A stretch of DNA of 62,907 nt, the filler included, from Acetivibrio sp. (lineage in GTDB: Bacteria; Bacillota; Clostridia; Acetivibrionales; Acetivibrionaceae), in the NCBI RefSeq assembly GCF_035371925.1. It is 5 parts of 5 records of this genome, joined end to end, with 100 filler letters (N's around TTAATTAATTAA, not from the genome) between each part and the next. Parts side by side here need not be neighbours in the genome. Positions count along the whole stretch, not along the records: positions 38,281 to 50,563 come from NZ_DAORXT010000086.1; positions 50,664 to 62,907 come from NZ_DAORXT010000087.1; 3 more parts are not named here. The stretch is one strand, 5' to 3'. The translations under genes and the position numbers were made by a program. Below, piece after piece: positions 41,483 through 51,547 of this stretch (within the stretch, counting starts at the first letter, position 1; each line of letters starts with the position of its first letter). Below the pieces are notes generated by a model, which ran no database searches, had not been told where the DNA came from, and saw only the letters and a program-made list of their open reading frames with translations.

Positions 41483-43690
41483 ATGAGTGAATTGTTTCTC
41501 GCCGTTTTAATGATGAGCCTTACGGCAAGCTACGTAATCCTTTGTGTGATGCTTGTGAGACTATTACTTAAAAAAGCCCCGAAGGTTATATCCTATGCCT
41601 TATGGGCTGTGGTCGCTTTTCGGCTCGTAGTTCCGTTTTCCGTTGAAAGTGTGTTTAGTATATTACCGTCGAGAACGAATATAATGCCAGTTCGTAATGA
41701 AGTAATCTATTACAAAAGTCCTCAGATTGACATCAGGCAAAATGCGCCGGATTTAGCATCAGATTCATTTGTAAACGAACGGACTTCTGTAAACGAGCAG
41801 CCTTCGGATAAGTCCCATATCGTTTCCGATGTTAAAAAAAGCATAAATCTAATGGAAAATTATTTGGATATAGGCACATACATATGGCTTTTGGGAATAA
41901 TGGCATTGCTAGTCTACAATTTGGCATCGTTTTTAAAGGTAAAAAGACAGCTTAAAAATGCGCAGCTAATAAATGACAATATCTATGAAGCAAAGAATTT
42001 GAAAACACCTTTTGTGATAGGAGTAATAAAACCCAAAATATATTTGCCTGTCGGACTTAACGACACCGAAAGAAGCTATATTTTGATACATGAAAAAACC
42101 CATATCAATAGAAAAGACCACATAATAAAAATATTGGCTTTTTTAATCTTAGCCGTGCATTGGTTCAATCCCTTGGTGTGGATTGCGTTTGTGCTAATGA
42201 GTACGGACATGGAATTATCCTGTGACGAAAAAGTATTGAAAGAAATGGGGGAAAATATTAAAAAGCCCTATGCCAATTCATTATTGTCTCTTGCAACCGA
42301 AAGGCACATCTTAAATGGCAGTGCCCTGGCTTTCGGCGAGGGAAATGTGAAGGGAAGGATTAAAAATGTGTTAAGCTACAAGAAATTTCCCCTTTGGATA
42401 ATTGTCACATCGGTGATAATTGTAATTGCAGTAGGAGTCGCACTGGCTACAAACCCTAAGCCGGAAGAATATACTCCACCTGCAAAAAATGAAGATAGCC
42501 TGGAAAAAACTCCTTCGGGTAGTTCAAACGTACAAATTGAATTTTTCTCCGACAATATGGGTTTTAAGTCGGCAGGAAAGTTTGTGACAGACAATTCGAA
42601 AATATTTGCGATTATCGACTCAACGATTAAAAACAGTCAAACGCCTGTAAAGGAATCCGATTTGGAAAATAATTATACTAACCGTTATGCCCTAAAACTG
42701 TCTGATGACACAGGCGAGTACAGCTGTGACCTTTACTACGATACACTGTACAACAAAGCCTATATTGCAAAAGACGGAGGGCTTTTTGAAGCAAGTACGG
42801 ATTTTGCCCGTTATATTGATTCATTTTTGGAGAATAGAAACATTAACATTTATATAGATAACGCCGATGCTGTGGAACTGTTCCAAAAATATGGATGGAC
42901 CCTTGACTATCAGATTAACGCAATGGAAAACAAGCTCAACGACATAAGGACATTGTCCGGTTTTAATCCAAATGCATATTATTTTGCTTACAACAATGAG
43001 CTTTCAAAGGATATTGGCCTTGACATGAGCGAGTATTCAAACGATCCGAACATTGATGTTGAAATATACAGGATTCATGAAAGTATGCCGGAGGAGTTTT
43101 ATCCGATACAGAATTGCAGGGGTATTGTCGTAAAGAGCAGGGGCAAGATAATCGGCGCATTTATAAGCGCAGGAAGACACAGTACTTTTGACGCCTGCAG
43201 CCTTAAAGGAAACAGCTTTGAAAAGGTGACAGGGAAAACATTTAATGAATGGCTAATTAGCAAGGTACGGCCTGACGAGGCTGAAGCAAGCCTTAGCAAA
43301 TTTACACCGGAGCAAGTTATTGAAGAATATTTCAAGGCTTTGAACAAGAAAAATGCTGAAGCGGCAAAGCATTGTGTCTCAAAAGAATACTTATTTAGTT
43401 ATTTGACATCAAACATGGAAAACAGTGAATTGTTTAATGAAGGCTTGCCATTGCCTTTGACGGGTAGCGGTATTTACGGCAAATCAACCTTCGATAATTT
43501 TAAATCTGCAAAGCTATTGGAGGTTGAACTTATTGACGAGCCCGATGAAAACAGTAAAATTTTTAGGGTGACGGTGGAACTTCAATACAAAAAAGACGAA
43601 ATAATAGGAAGCGGGAAGCAGCATTGGGATTGCCTCATGGTTTACGAAACTCCACAGACAGGATGGAAAATAAAAAGCTTTGGACATTAA
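41483..43690 (+). CDS. BlaR1-like M56 metallopeptidase sensor with DUF4830/DUF4829-like extracellular domains
   Basis: PKIYLP, HEKTH (HEXXH), HWFNPLVW, ELSCDE; no penicillin-binding SxxK domain evident. Confidence 0.85.
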   Translation: MSELFLAVLMMSLTASYVILCVMLVRLLLKKAPKVISYALWAVVAFRLVVPFSVESVFSILPSRTNIMPVRNEVIYYKSPQIDIRQNAPDLASDSFVNERTSVNEQPSDKSHIVSDVKKSINLMENYLDIGTYIWLLGIMALLVYNLASFLKVKRQLKNAQLINDNIYEAKNLKTPFVIGVIKPKIYLPVGLNDTERSYILIHEKTHINRKDHIIKILAFLILAVHWFNPLVWIAFVLMSTDMELSCDEKVLKEMGENIKKPYANSLLSLATERHILNGSALAFGEGNVKGRIKNVLSYKKFPLWIIVTSVIIVIAVGVALATNPKPEEYTPPAKNEDSLEKTPSGSSNVQIEFFSDNMGFKSAGKFVTDNSKIFAIIDSTIKNSQTPVKESDLENNYTNRYALKLSDDTGEYSCDLYYDTLYNKAYIAKDGGLFEASTDFARYIDSFLENRNINIYIDNADAVELFQKYGWTLDYQINAMENKLNDIRTLSGFNPNAYYFAYNNELSKDIGLDMSEYSNDPNIDVEIYRIHESMPEEFYPIQNCRGIVVKSRGKIIGAFISAGRHSTFDACSLKGNSFEKVTGKTFNEWLISKVRPDEAEASLSKFTPEQVIEEYFKALNKKNAEAAKHCVSKEYLFSYLTSNMENSELFNEGLPLPLTGSGIYGKSTFDNFKSAKLLEVELIDEPDENSKIFRVTVELQYKKDEIIGSGKQHWDCLMVYETPQTGWKIKSFGH

Positions 43691-44079
43691 ACTTGAGAAG
43701 TACATTTTGAAAGCGCAAATTATTATAAAAGGAAAATTGACATATCAAATTCGACTTTATACCCTTGATGTGTGTCATAGGTTAACATATCGGGGGTTTA
43801 TTTTTGTATAATTGCCATTTGACAATACGAATTGAGTTTGATAATATATTCTAATCATGTTTGACTGTCTTTATATATGGGTCATAATAGTAACGATATA
43901 TATTTAGTCACCAATTGGAGAAGTCGGCAAAAGATTTAAAAGTATAATTCGACAGAAAAAAGAATTGCTTGGAAAAACTTATTAAATAATTGCTATAAAT
44001 GCAAAAAAACGAGTAGTGTTTGTCATGCAGATTCAATTGATGAACAATACTCATTTTTTAATGGAGGGATAGATGTAAT

Positions 44080-45828
44080 ATGATTAAAGATTTGGCACGA
44101 AGTATTCGCGAATACAAAAAAGTGTCAATAATTACTCCAATACTGATAAGCTTGGAGGTAGTAATTGAGTGTATAATTCCGTTTATTACTGCTACCTTGG
44201 TTAACAAAATTAAAGATGGATGTGATTTGAAGACAATCATTAATTACGGTATTGTCTTAATTGTCATGGCTTTTTTGTCGTTAATGTTCGGTGCGATTGC
44301 AGGCTCAACTGCCGCCACTGCGTCTTGCGGGTTTGCAAAGAATTTGAGAAAGGATATGTTTTATAGCATTCAAAATTATTCTTTTGAAAATATCGATAAG
44401 TTTATGACCTCGTCGCTGATTACCCGTATGACCACCGACGTTACCAATGTGCAGCATGCGTATATGATGCTCATTCGAATAGCGGTTCGTGCTCCTTTGA
44501 TGCTGGTTTTTGCATTTGTCATGGCTTTCGTAATGGGGGGACGCATGGCTTGGATTTTCCTGGTTGTTGTACCGATTCTGGCAACCGGACTTATCATTAT
44601 AATTTACAAAGCATTGCCTCTCTTTAGAAAAGTATTCAAAAAATATGACGCACTAAACAGCTCCATTCAGGAAAATATCAAAGGTATGCGCGTCGTAAAA
44701 TCCTTTGTTCGTGAAGATTATGAGGAAAAGAAATTTGAGGCAGCAGCAGAAGATGTATGCGCAGACTTTACAAGGGCGGAGCGTATTTTGGCTTTTAACG
44801 GGCCCTTAATGCAGTTTTGCATGTATGTAGTTATGATTTTCGTTTTGTCCTTTGGTTCCTATACCATTATTACCAGCCGGGGATTGGATTTTGATATCGG
44901 GCAGTTTTCCGCAATATTGACATACAACTTTATGATTTTAAGCAGTCTTATGATGCTTTCCATGGTGTTTGTTATGATTACCATGGCTAGTGAATCTGCG
45001 AAGCGTATCGTTGAAGTAATTAATGAGAAGAGTACATTAACAAATCCGGAGAATCCCATTTACACAGTAAGTGACGGCTCCATTTCTTTTGAAAATGTAA
45101 GTTTCAAATATTCCGAAAAGGCAGAGAGAATGGCGCTGGCCAATATAAACTTGCAAATAAAATCGGGAGAAACCATTGGAATTATTGGTGGTACCGGCTC
45201 TTCAAAGACATCCCTTGTTCAGTTGATTCCCCGCCTCTACGATGCAACCGAAGGGGTTGTGAAAGTAGGGGGAGTGGATGTAAGAAACTACGATTTGGAA
45301 ACCCTGCGTAATGAAGTTGCCGTTGTGCTTCAGAAGAATGTTTTATTCTCCGGAACCATCAAGGAAAATCTTCGTTGGGGAAATAAAGATGCTACGGATG
45401 AAGAGTTGATAGAGGCATGCAAACTTGCTTGTGCTCATGAATTCATAAGTCAATTTCCAAAAGGATATGACACCTATATTGAACAGGGCGGAACCAATGT
45501 GTCCGGCGGACAGAGGCAAAGACTTTGTATTGCAAGGGCATTGCTTAAAAAGCCTAAAGTATTGATTTTAGACGATTCCACCAGTGCGGTGGATACCAAG
45601 ACCGATGCCAAAATTCGCAAGGCTCTTAAGGAGTATATGCCGAAGACAACCAAGATAATTATTGCCCAGAGAACGGCTTCGGTTGAAGATGCGGACAGAA
45701 TTATAGTATTGGACGGGGGAACCGTGAACGGAATCGGAACCCACGAGCAATTGCTGGCTGAGAATACAATTTACAGGGAAATATATTTCTCCCAGAACAA
45801 GGCAGGTGTGCAAAGTGAAATCAAATAA
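44080..45828 (+). CDS. Heterodimeric ABC exporter subunit with degenerate site (TM287-like)
   Basis: GGTGSSKT, VSGGQ, ILDDS, IAQR. Confidence 0.9.
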   Translation: MIKDLARSIREYKKVSIITPILISLEVVIECIIPFITATLVNKIKDGCDLKTIINYGIVLIVMAFLSLMFGAIAGSTAATASCGFAKNLRKDMFYSIQNYSFENIDKFMTSSLITRMTTDVTNVQHAYMMLIRIAVRAPLMLVFAFVMAFVMGGRMAWIFLVVVPILATGLIIIIYKALPLFRKVFKKYDALNSSIQENIKGMRVVKSFVREDYEEKKFEAAAEDVCADFTRAERILAFNGPLMQFCMYVVMIFVLSFGSYTIITSRGLDFDIGQFSAILTYNFMILSSLMMLSMVFVMITMASESAKRIVEVINEKSTLTNPENPIYTVSDGSISFENVSFKYSEKAERMALANINLQIKSGETIGIIGGTGSSKTSLVQLIPRLYDATEGVVKVGGVDVRNYDLETLRNEVAVVLQKNVLFSGTIKENLRWGNKDATDEELIEACKLACAHEFISQFPKGYDTYIEQGGTNVSGGQRQRLCIARALLKKPKVLILDDSTSAVDTKTDAKIRKALKEYMPKTTKIIIAQRTASVEDADRIIVLDGGTVNGIGTHEQLLAENTIYREIYFSQNKAGVQSEIK

Positions 45829-47710
45829 GAAGAGTAAAAAATCTATTATCGCTCGTTTGTTCAAAAATATACTTGAGTTTTATCCGGTGATGTTTCCGGT
45901 TGCTGTTGTATGCATATTGTTCAATGCAACTATCAGCTCCATTCCGGCAATATTTATGCAAAACGTGATTGCTATTGTGGAGGATAGCTGGAGAGACGGG
46001 AACTGGAATTTGGTTGGGGGAAAAATATTGTCCTTTGTGGGTATATTGGTAACCCTTTATGTGCTGTCACTCCTTAGCGGTATTGCATATAATCAGCTGA
46101 TGGCAATTATCACTCAAGGGACTTTGAAAAAATTCCGTGTGAAAATGTTTGCCAAGATGCAGACTCTCCCGATTAAATATGTGGATACTCACAATCATGG
46201 TGACATCATGAGCGTTTATACCAACGATATTGATACTTTGAGGCAAATGATTTCCCAGAGCTTTCCGCAGCTTCTGTTGTCCGGTATTACAGTTTTCACC
46301 GTGTTTTCTATCATGCTCTACTTTTGTTTGTGGCTTACGATTGTAGTATTGCTGGGTGTAATCGTAATGTTCTTTGTCACAAAAAGAGTGGGTGGAGGCT
46401 CCGCCAAATACTTCATAAGACAGCAGAAGGCTCTTGGACGGATGGAAGGCTTTGTAGAAGAAATGATGAACGGACAAAAAGTAATCAAGGTATTCTGCCA
46501 TGAAGAGGAAAGTAAGGCGGATTTTGACATAATCAACGAAGCTTTATTTGATGATGCGAGAAAAGCCAATCGTTATGCCAATATTTTGGCTCCGATTTTA
46601 AATAATATCGGTAATGTACTATATGTTTTTGTTGCCATTGCCGGCGGCGTTTTATTGGTTACCAATGCACCAAATGTAAGTATTTCCGGGCTTGCCATGG
46701 GAATTAGTATTGTTGTTCCATTCCTTAACATGACAAAGCAGTTCGTGGGTAATATAAACCAGGTGTCCCAGCAGATAAATGCCGTTGTTATGGGACTTGC
46801 CGGTGCACAGCGAATTTATGAGTTGGTTGATGAAGAGCCTGAACACGACAATGGATATGTTACCTTGGTAAATGCCCGCGAGGAAAACGGTCAGTTGATT
46901 GAATGTGAGGAGAGAACGGGAATTTGGGCTTGGAAGCATCCCCACAGCAGTGACGGTTCCGTAACATATACCAAATTAACCGGTGATGTGAGATTGCATG
47001 AGGTGGATTTCGAATATGAAGAGGGAAAACCGGTTTTACATGATATTAGCCTCTATGCAAAGCCGGGACAAAAAGTGGCGTTTGTGGGAGCAACCGGTGC
47101 AGGAAAGACTACAATTACAAACCTGCTTAATCGTTTTTATGATATTGCCGACGGTAAAATCCGTTATGACGGTATCAATATAAACAAAATCAAAAAGTCG
47201 GACCTTCGCCGTGCTATTGGTGTAGTACTTCAGGACACCAACCTCTTTACCGGCACTGTAATGGATAACATCCGTTACGGTAAACTGGATGCCACCGATG
47301 AAGAATGTATAGAAGCTGCAAAACTTGCGGGAGCCGATGGCTTTATCCGCCGTTTGCCTGACGGATATCAGACAATGCTTACCGAAAACGGGGCAAATCT
47401 GTCCCAGGGACAGAGACAGTTGATTTCCATTGCCAGGGTGGCAGTTGCCAACCCTCCGGTTATGATTTTGGATGAAGCGACATCCTCCATTGATACAAGA
47501 ACCGAAGCCATTGTTCAGAGAGGTATGGATGCTTTGATGGAGGGAAGAACAGTATTTGTAATTGCCCACCGCCTGTCCACCGTTAAAAACGCTGATGTTA
47601 TTATCGTGTTGGATCACGGACGTATCATTGAACGGGGCAATCATGAAGAGCTGATAGCACAAAAAGGACAGTATTATCAGCTGTACACCGGTGCGTTTGA
47701 ATTGGAATAA
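45806..47710 (+). CDS. Heterodimeric ABC exporter subunit with consensus catalytic motifs (TM288-like)
   Basis: GATGAGKT, LSQGQ, ILDEA, IAHR. Confidence 0.9.
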   Translation: MCKVKSNKKSKKSIIARLFKNILEFYPVMFPVAVVCILFNATISSIPAIFMQNVIAIVEDSWRDGNWNLVGGKILSFVGILVTLYVLSLLSGIAYNQLMAIITQGTLKKFRVKMFAKMQTLPIKYVDTHNHGDIMSVYTNDIDTLRQMISQSFPQLLLSGITVFTVFSIMLYFCLWLTIVVLLGVIVMFFVTKRVGGGSAKYFIRQQKALGRMEGFVEEMMNGQKVIKVFCHEEESKADFDIINEALFDDARKANRYANILAPILNNIGNVLYVFVAIAGGVLLVTNAPNVSISGLAMGISIVVPFLNMTKQFVGNINQVSQQINAVVMGLAGAQRIYELVDEEPEHDNGYVTLVNAREENGQLIECEERTGIWAWKHPHSSDGSVTYTKLTGDVRLHEVDFEYEEGKPVLHDISLYAKPGQKVAFVGATGAGKTTITNLLNRFYDIADGKIRYDGININKIKKSDLRRAIGVVLQDTNLFTGTVMDNIRYGKLDATDEECIEAAKLAGADGFIRRLPDGYQTMLTENGANLSQGQRQLISIARVAVANPPVMILDEATSSIDTRTEAIVQRGMDALMEGRTVFVIAHRLSTVKNADVIIVLDHGRIIERGNHEELIAQKGQYYQLYTGAFELE

Positions 47711-47713
47711 ACC

Positions 47714-47751
47714 AAAAAAGAAGGGGCGTGCAACACTCCCCTTCCTTTTTT
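47714..47751. terminator. Bidirectional terminator
   Basis: A6-GAAGGGG...CCCCTTC-C-T6 between convergent genes. Confidence 0.75.
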
Positions 47752-47758
47752 AACATAG

Positions 47759-50512
47759 CTATTTGTACGAATTGGCTGTGGCGTTAAAATGCTTTACAAT
47801 AATCATAACTTCTTCCATGTTAATTGCGCTGTCTTTGTTAAAGTCGATATCCGCTTTGTATTCCGGACTTGCCGAAGTGGTGTTGAATACCGTTGCTATT
47901 TGCATAATGTCTTTCATATTTATAACGCCGTCCGACCTGCCGTCCACCTCAATATCTCCGGCCCACAAAATCAATGGCGACTCTTTTTTAGATAAAGCCA
48001 TATCGTTTGTAACGGCATCAATCTTTACTTCCCTGTAAAGATAATTGGTTTTGCTTATTCTAAACACATATCCCGTATCGCTTTCGGGAACGGATAATTC
48101 GAAATATCCGTTTTCATCGGTAAATGTCGATGCATTGAGGCCTAAAACCTCCACTTTGAAGTTTGAATTAATATCAGGAGCTTTTGAGGATAAATCCGGT
48201 TTTACATAACCTGAAATTTTACAGTCTGTACTTTCGGCTTTTTTAAATATTGCCTTTAAGCTTATATCTTTTGTTGGCGTTAATACCAAGGTATCCGATG
48301 TTTCATCTATTCCTTCCCAACGGTCAAAGACGTATCCATCTTCAGGGACAGCCTTGATTGTAAGAGGAACACCTTTGAAATACTGACCTGTCCACTCTTG
48401 TGGATTGTCCACTCCGCGGGTTGTGGATTTAAGGTCAATGGAGTTAATCCGTATAAAGCCTTCTGAAGTATCTGCTTCAAGTTTAACCGAATAAGTATCT
48501 GTAACGCCAAATCTTCTGAATTTGCTGATTATATGCTGGGTTACATATCTCGGACGTTTATTTGCAAAAGTTTTCATTAGCTCTACCTCGCTGTTCCAAT
48601 CTGAAAGGGCTTGCCAGCGGGCGTTGTGCTCAGGTATGGAGGATGCTATGGCACTGCTCATTTCATCTATTGTATCGACAACTAATGAGGGTTTGAGGCA
48701 GGTATTGAGGTAATCGGCCATTCTATTGATAAACGCATTCCTAAATTCCGAATTCTCCAGCAATTTTTTAAAGAGGAACACTGCCCACTCGTTTTGGGCG
48801 TTTTCCGAGGCATGAGCCAATGTATCATGTCTAATGCCGTTGGTGCCCATAAACGGTCCGGCAAAACCGAAATCCGTATCTTTTATTATCCATCTCCATC
48901 TTCCGTCTTGTCCGTAAGGTGCCTCCGGGTGGTATTGACCGTCCACGGTCTTGTATTTCCACATAGAAACGTTGTTTTGCGGCCAGTCGCTATTGGCAAA
49001 GTAAATGTTTGCAACATAGTAATCAATAAAATTGTCCACATCCATTTTGGTCTTTATGTATTCATAATTTTCTTTTTGGGTAATATCGTTCGACTTAAGG
49101 AAGTTGACAATTTCGTTGTTATATGCTTTTACGTCCTCATCTGTTCCTTCGTTTGCGACAACATCACCCAAGTAAGTAACTTCAAGTAATGCCACTTTGT
49201 CCTTGTCCAGATTGTAATGGGATGCAAAATATATGTTGTCGTACCGTTCACGGATGTTGTGTATTCCCCAGTATTCTCCGTTAATAAATACTACAGATGG
49301 CCTGTATGCTTGGGTGTCGAGATTTAAATGAGACACAAGATTGTGCATCAGTCCGTCTCTAAACATGCTGTTTGACCAGTCGTTACCGGAATTTCGCAAA
49401 ATAAGGCGTTTAAAATCGGTTATACTCTTGCCGGTAACTTTGCTTTTTAGCCCAGGGAATATATTATAGCTTATTTTTTCTTTATAATCGTAGCCTCTGT
49501 CTGCGTACAACCGAAGGCTTTTTTGACCAAATCCCTTTGAGCCTCCTCCATGAAGCCTTACACCGCAATAATGCGAAAAACCGAGAGTTCCGTCATTTTC
49601 GAAAAATTCTATATGAGCAGGTCTTTCCCAATCAGAACCGGTTTTATTGCTGTTTACGTAAATTCCGGTTTGCTTGTCGAAAAAGTTTGCCTCATCCGTT
49701 ACAATTGATATGACAGGAAGGCTGTATCTTGTCATCATATCGGAATCTACAAAATAGGAGTGGGTCACAATCCGGCTGGTTTTACCGTCCGACCTTACAG
49801 CAACAGCTTTTATTACAGTACCCTTGAATACTTCTCCCAAAGGAGGATTCCAATAATAATCTCCGGTGTTAATCATGGATAATACATTGGGTTCGCCGGC
49901 TCTGCTTTTTACTTTTATTTTTCCGGAATATTCAAAAGTGCGGGAATCTCCGGGGTTTGGATCGGAACCGTCAAGAGTATAATATATTTTGGTGTCTTTT
50001 TGGCTGACAGAGAGTTCCAATTCAAATTCTTCGGTGTAAAAACCGGCTTGGTGTGAAAAAACAGGCTCAAGAACGTTTGACTGGGAATTGTTGTTGCTTG
50101 CGTTGGGGGTGGCTTCAGAAAAGATTGAAAATTCGCTTCCACCGTCCGGATTTCTGCCGTAGGATTCATCATCATCCAATTTTCCATATGACATGGAATC
50201 GATAATGTCGTCGGAGGGTGATTTCAATACTATTTTTTCTCCGTCAGAGCTTAGTTTGAAGTTTGTATGGAGCTGACCGTCACTTGTTACTTTATCCTTG
50301 TCTGAAGCCCAGATTAGAAGATAACCTTTTGGAGGAATGATTCCTTGAGGGAAGACCCATGTTGCACCGTCATCCGAAATGCTGTAGCCTGTCAGATCTA
50401 CAGGTTCATCCGAAGCATTATAGAGCTCAATCCAGTCGGAATAGGCTCCTCCCGATGCCCCGTGTTTAGGGTCGTCAAGGTCTCCGTCACGGATGGTTTT
50501 TTTATTTGATGA
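47759..50512 (-). CDS. CotH-family kinase: lamin-tail domain, Fn3-like, CotH, X module and type II dockerin (5' end lost at the contig edge)
   Basis: Frame open to 50512 (SDWIELYN lamin-tail motif); RLHGGGS, LRNSGND, NSDWPQNN, KDTDFG; C-terminus parallels the CipA XDocII. Confidence 0.85.
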   Translation of the reverse strand, partial: SSNKKTIRDGDLDDPKHGASGGAYSDWIELYNASDEPVDLTGYSISDDGATWVFPQGIIPPKGYLLIWASDKDKVTSDGQLHTNFKLSSDGEKIVLKSPSDDIIDSMSYGKLDDDESYGRNPDGGSEFSIFSEATPNASNNNSQSNVLEPVFSHQAGFYTEEFELELSVSQKDTKIYYTLDGSDPNPGDSRTFEYSGKIKVKSRAGEPNVLSMINTGDYYWNPPLGEVFKGTVIKAVAVRSDGKTSRIVTHSYFVDSDMMTRYSLPVISIVTDEANFFDKQTGIYVNSNKTGSDWERPAHIEFFENDGTLGFSHYCGVRLHGGGSKGFGQKSLRLYADRGYDYKEKISYNIFPGLKSKVTGKSITDFKRLILRNSGNDWSNSMFRDGLMHNLVSHLNLDTQAYRPSVVFINGEYWGIHNIRERYDNIYFASHYNLDKDKVALLEVTYLGDVVANEGTDEDVKAYNNEIVNFLKSNDITQKENYEYIKTKMDVDNFIDYYVANIYFANSDWPQNNVSMWKYKTVDGQYHPEAPYGQDGRWRWIIKDTDFGFAGPFMGTNGIRHDTLAHASENAQNEWAVFLFKKLLENSEFRNAFINRMADYLNTCLKPSLVVDTIDEMSSAIASSIPEHNARWQALSDWNSEVELMKTFANKRPRYVTQHIISKFRRFGVTDTYSVKLEADTSEGFIRINSIDLKSTTRGVDNPQEWTGQYFKGVPLTIKAVPEDGYVFDRWEGIDETSDTLVLTPTKDISLKAIFKKAESTDCKISGYVKPDLSSKAPDINSNFKVEVLGLNASTFTDENGYFELSVPESDTGYVFRISKTNYLYREVKIDAVTNDMALSKKESPLILWAGDIEVDGRSDGVINMKDIMQIATVFNTTSASPEYKADIDFNKDSAINMEEVMIIVKHFNATANSYK

Positions 50513-50563
50513 TTATCCCACAAAAAGTATCGGTTCTAAATAAAATTTCTTAAACCTATTGTC

Positions 50564-50663
50564 NNNNNNNNNNNNNNNNNNNNNNNNNNNNNNNNNNNNN
50601 NNNNNNNTTAATTAATTAANNNNNNNNNNNNNNNNNNNNNNNNNNNNNNNNNNNNNNNNNNNN
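50564..50663. other. Artificial contig linker
   Basis: N run with central TTAATTAATTAA. Confidence 0.98.
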
Positions 50664-50767
50664 TATTTTGCTCTATTTGTTTATATTTTCTAGCTTTTTG
50701 TGGGACAATCATTGTATTATTAAACAAATTTTGCGATTAGTAAATGGTAAATAACATCAATAATGTT

Positions 50768-51325
50768 TTATTTTCTAAGAGTGCCTATTTTGCTAAAAGG
50801 GAAAAACCTGAATATAGCTTTTCCTCCAACATCTTTTATGTCTACAGTTCCAAATGTCCTGCTGTCCTTGCTTTGACCCGGAAGCCTGTTGTCACCCAAT
50901 ACATATATATGTCCTTCCGGGACGTAGAGTTCACTGTATTTTATGTTTGCTTCCAAGGTACCGTGTGCATCAACGTTTATATAATCTTCTTCCAGGACTT
51001 CACCGTTAACATATACTTTTCCGTCACGGATTTCGACCCTGTCGCCTTCTACACCAATAACCCTTTTAATTATTGGCTTTCTGTCAGAGTCCAATCCGGG
51101 ATAATCGTTTATAGTTACAATATCTCCTCTTTTCAGCCAACCGAATCTTGGACTGATTTTTTCAATAATGAGACGGTCACCGTCCTGAAGTGTCGTCTCC
51201 ATGGAGCTACCGTTTACAATAGTTATCTGTGCAACAAAATTCACAATAAACAAGCCTATCAATACCGCAATTATTATGTGAACAGCCCAATCTAAAACTT
51301 CTCTTAAAAACGAATTGGCTTTCGT
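50768..51325 (-). CDS. lepB: Signal peptidase I
   Basis: GSSME (Ser), IIKRVIG (Lys), GDNR, SKDSR. The RBS-positioned codon is ACG at 51325; the ORF track uses a GTG at 51385. Confidence 0.9.
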   Translation of the reverse strand, partial: TKANSFLREVLDWAVHIIIAVLIGLFIVNFVAQITIVNGSSMETTLQDGDRLIIEKISPRFGWLKRGDIVTINDYPGLDSDRKPIIKRVIGVEGDRVEIRDGKVYVNGEVLEEDYINVDAHGTLEANIKYSELYVPEGHIYVLGDNRLPGQSKDSRTFGTVDIKDVGGKAIFRFFPFSKIGTLRK

Positions 51326-51547
51326 AATTATTCCTCCCTTGCATATATTTAAGTATATGTCCCACTTACTCCAATTCTTAAACACTGTATTATTAAATTG
51401 TATATAATTTGAGTCGATTTTTCAAGTGACGATATTACGATGATATAACTTTATGAATGAATCTTGTCTTGAAATTGGCAGCAAAAAAACACAGGCGTAA
51501 ACTGTTTTTTTTACACCCATGCTCTAATTTTGCCTCGTCCTAAAATA

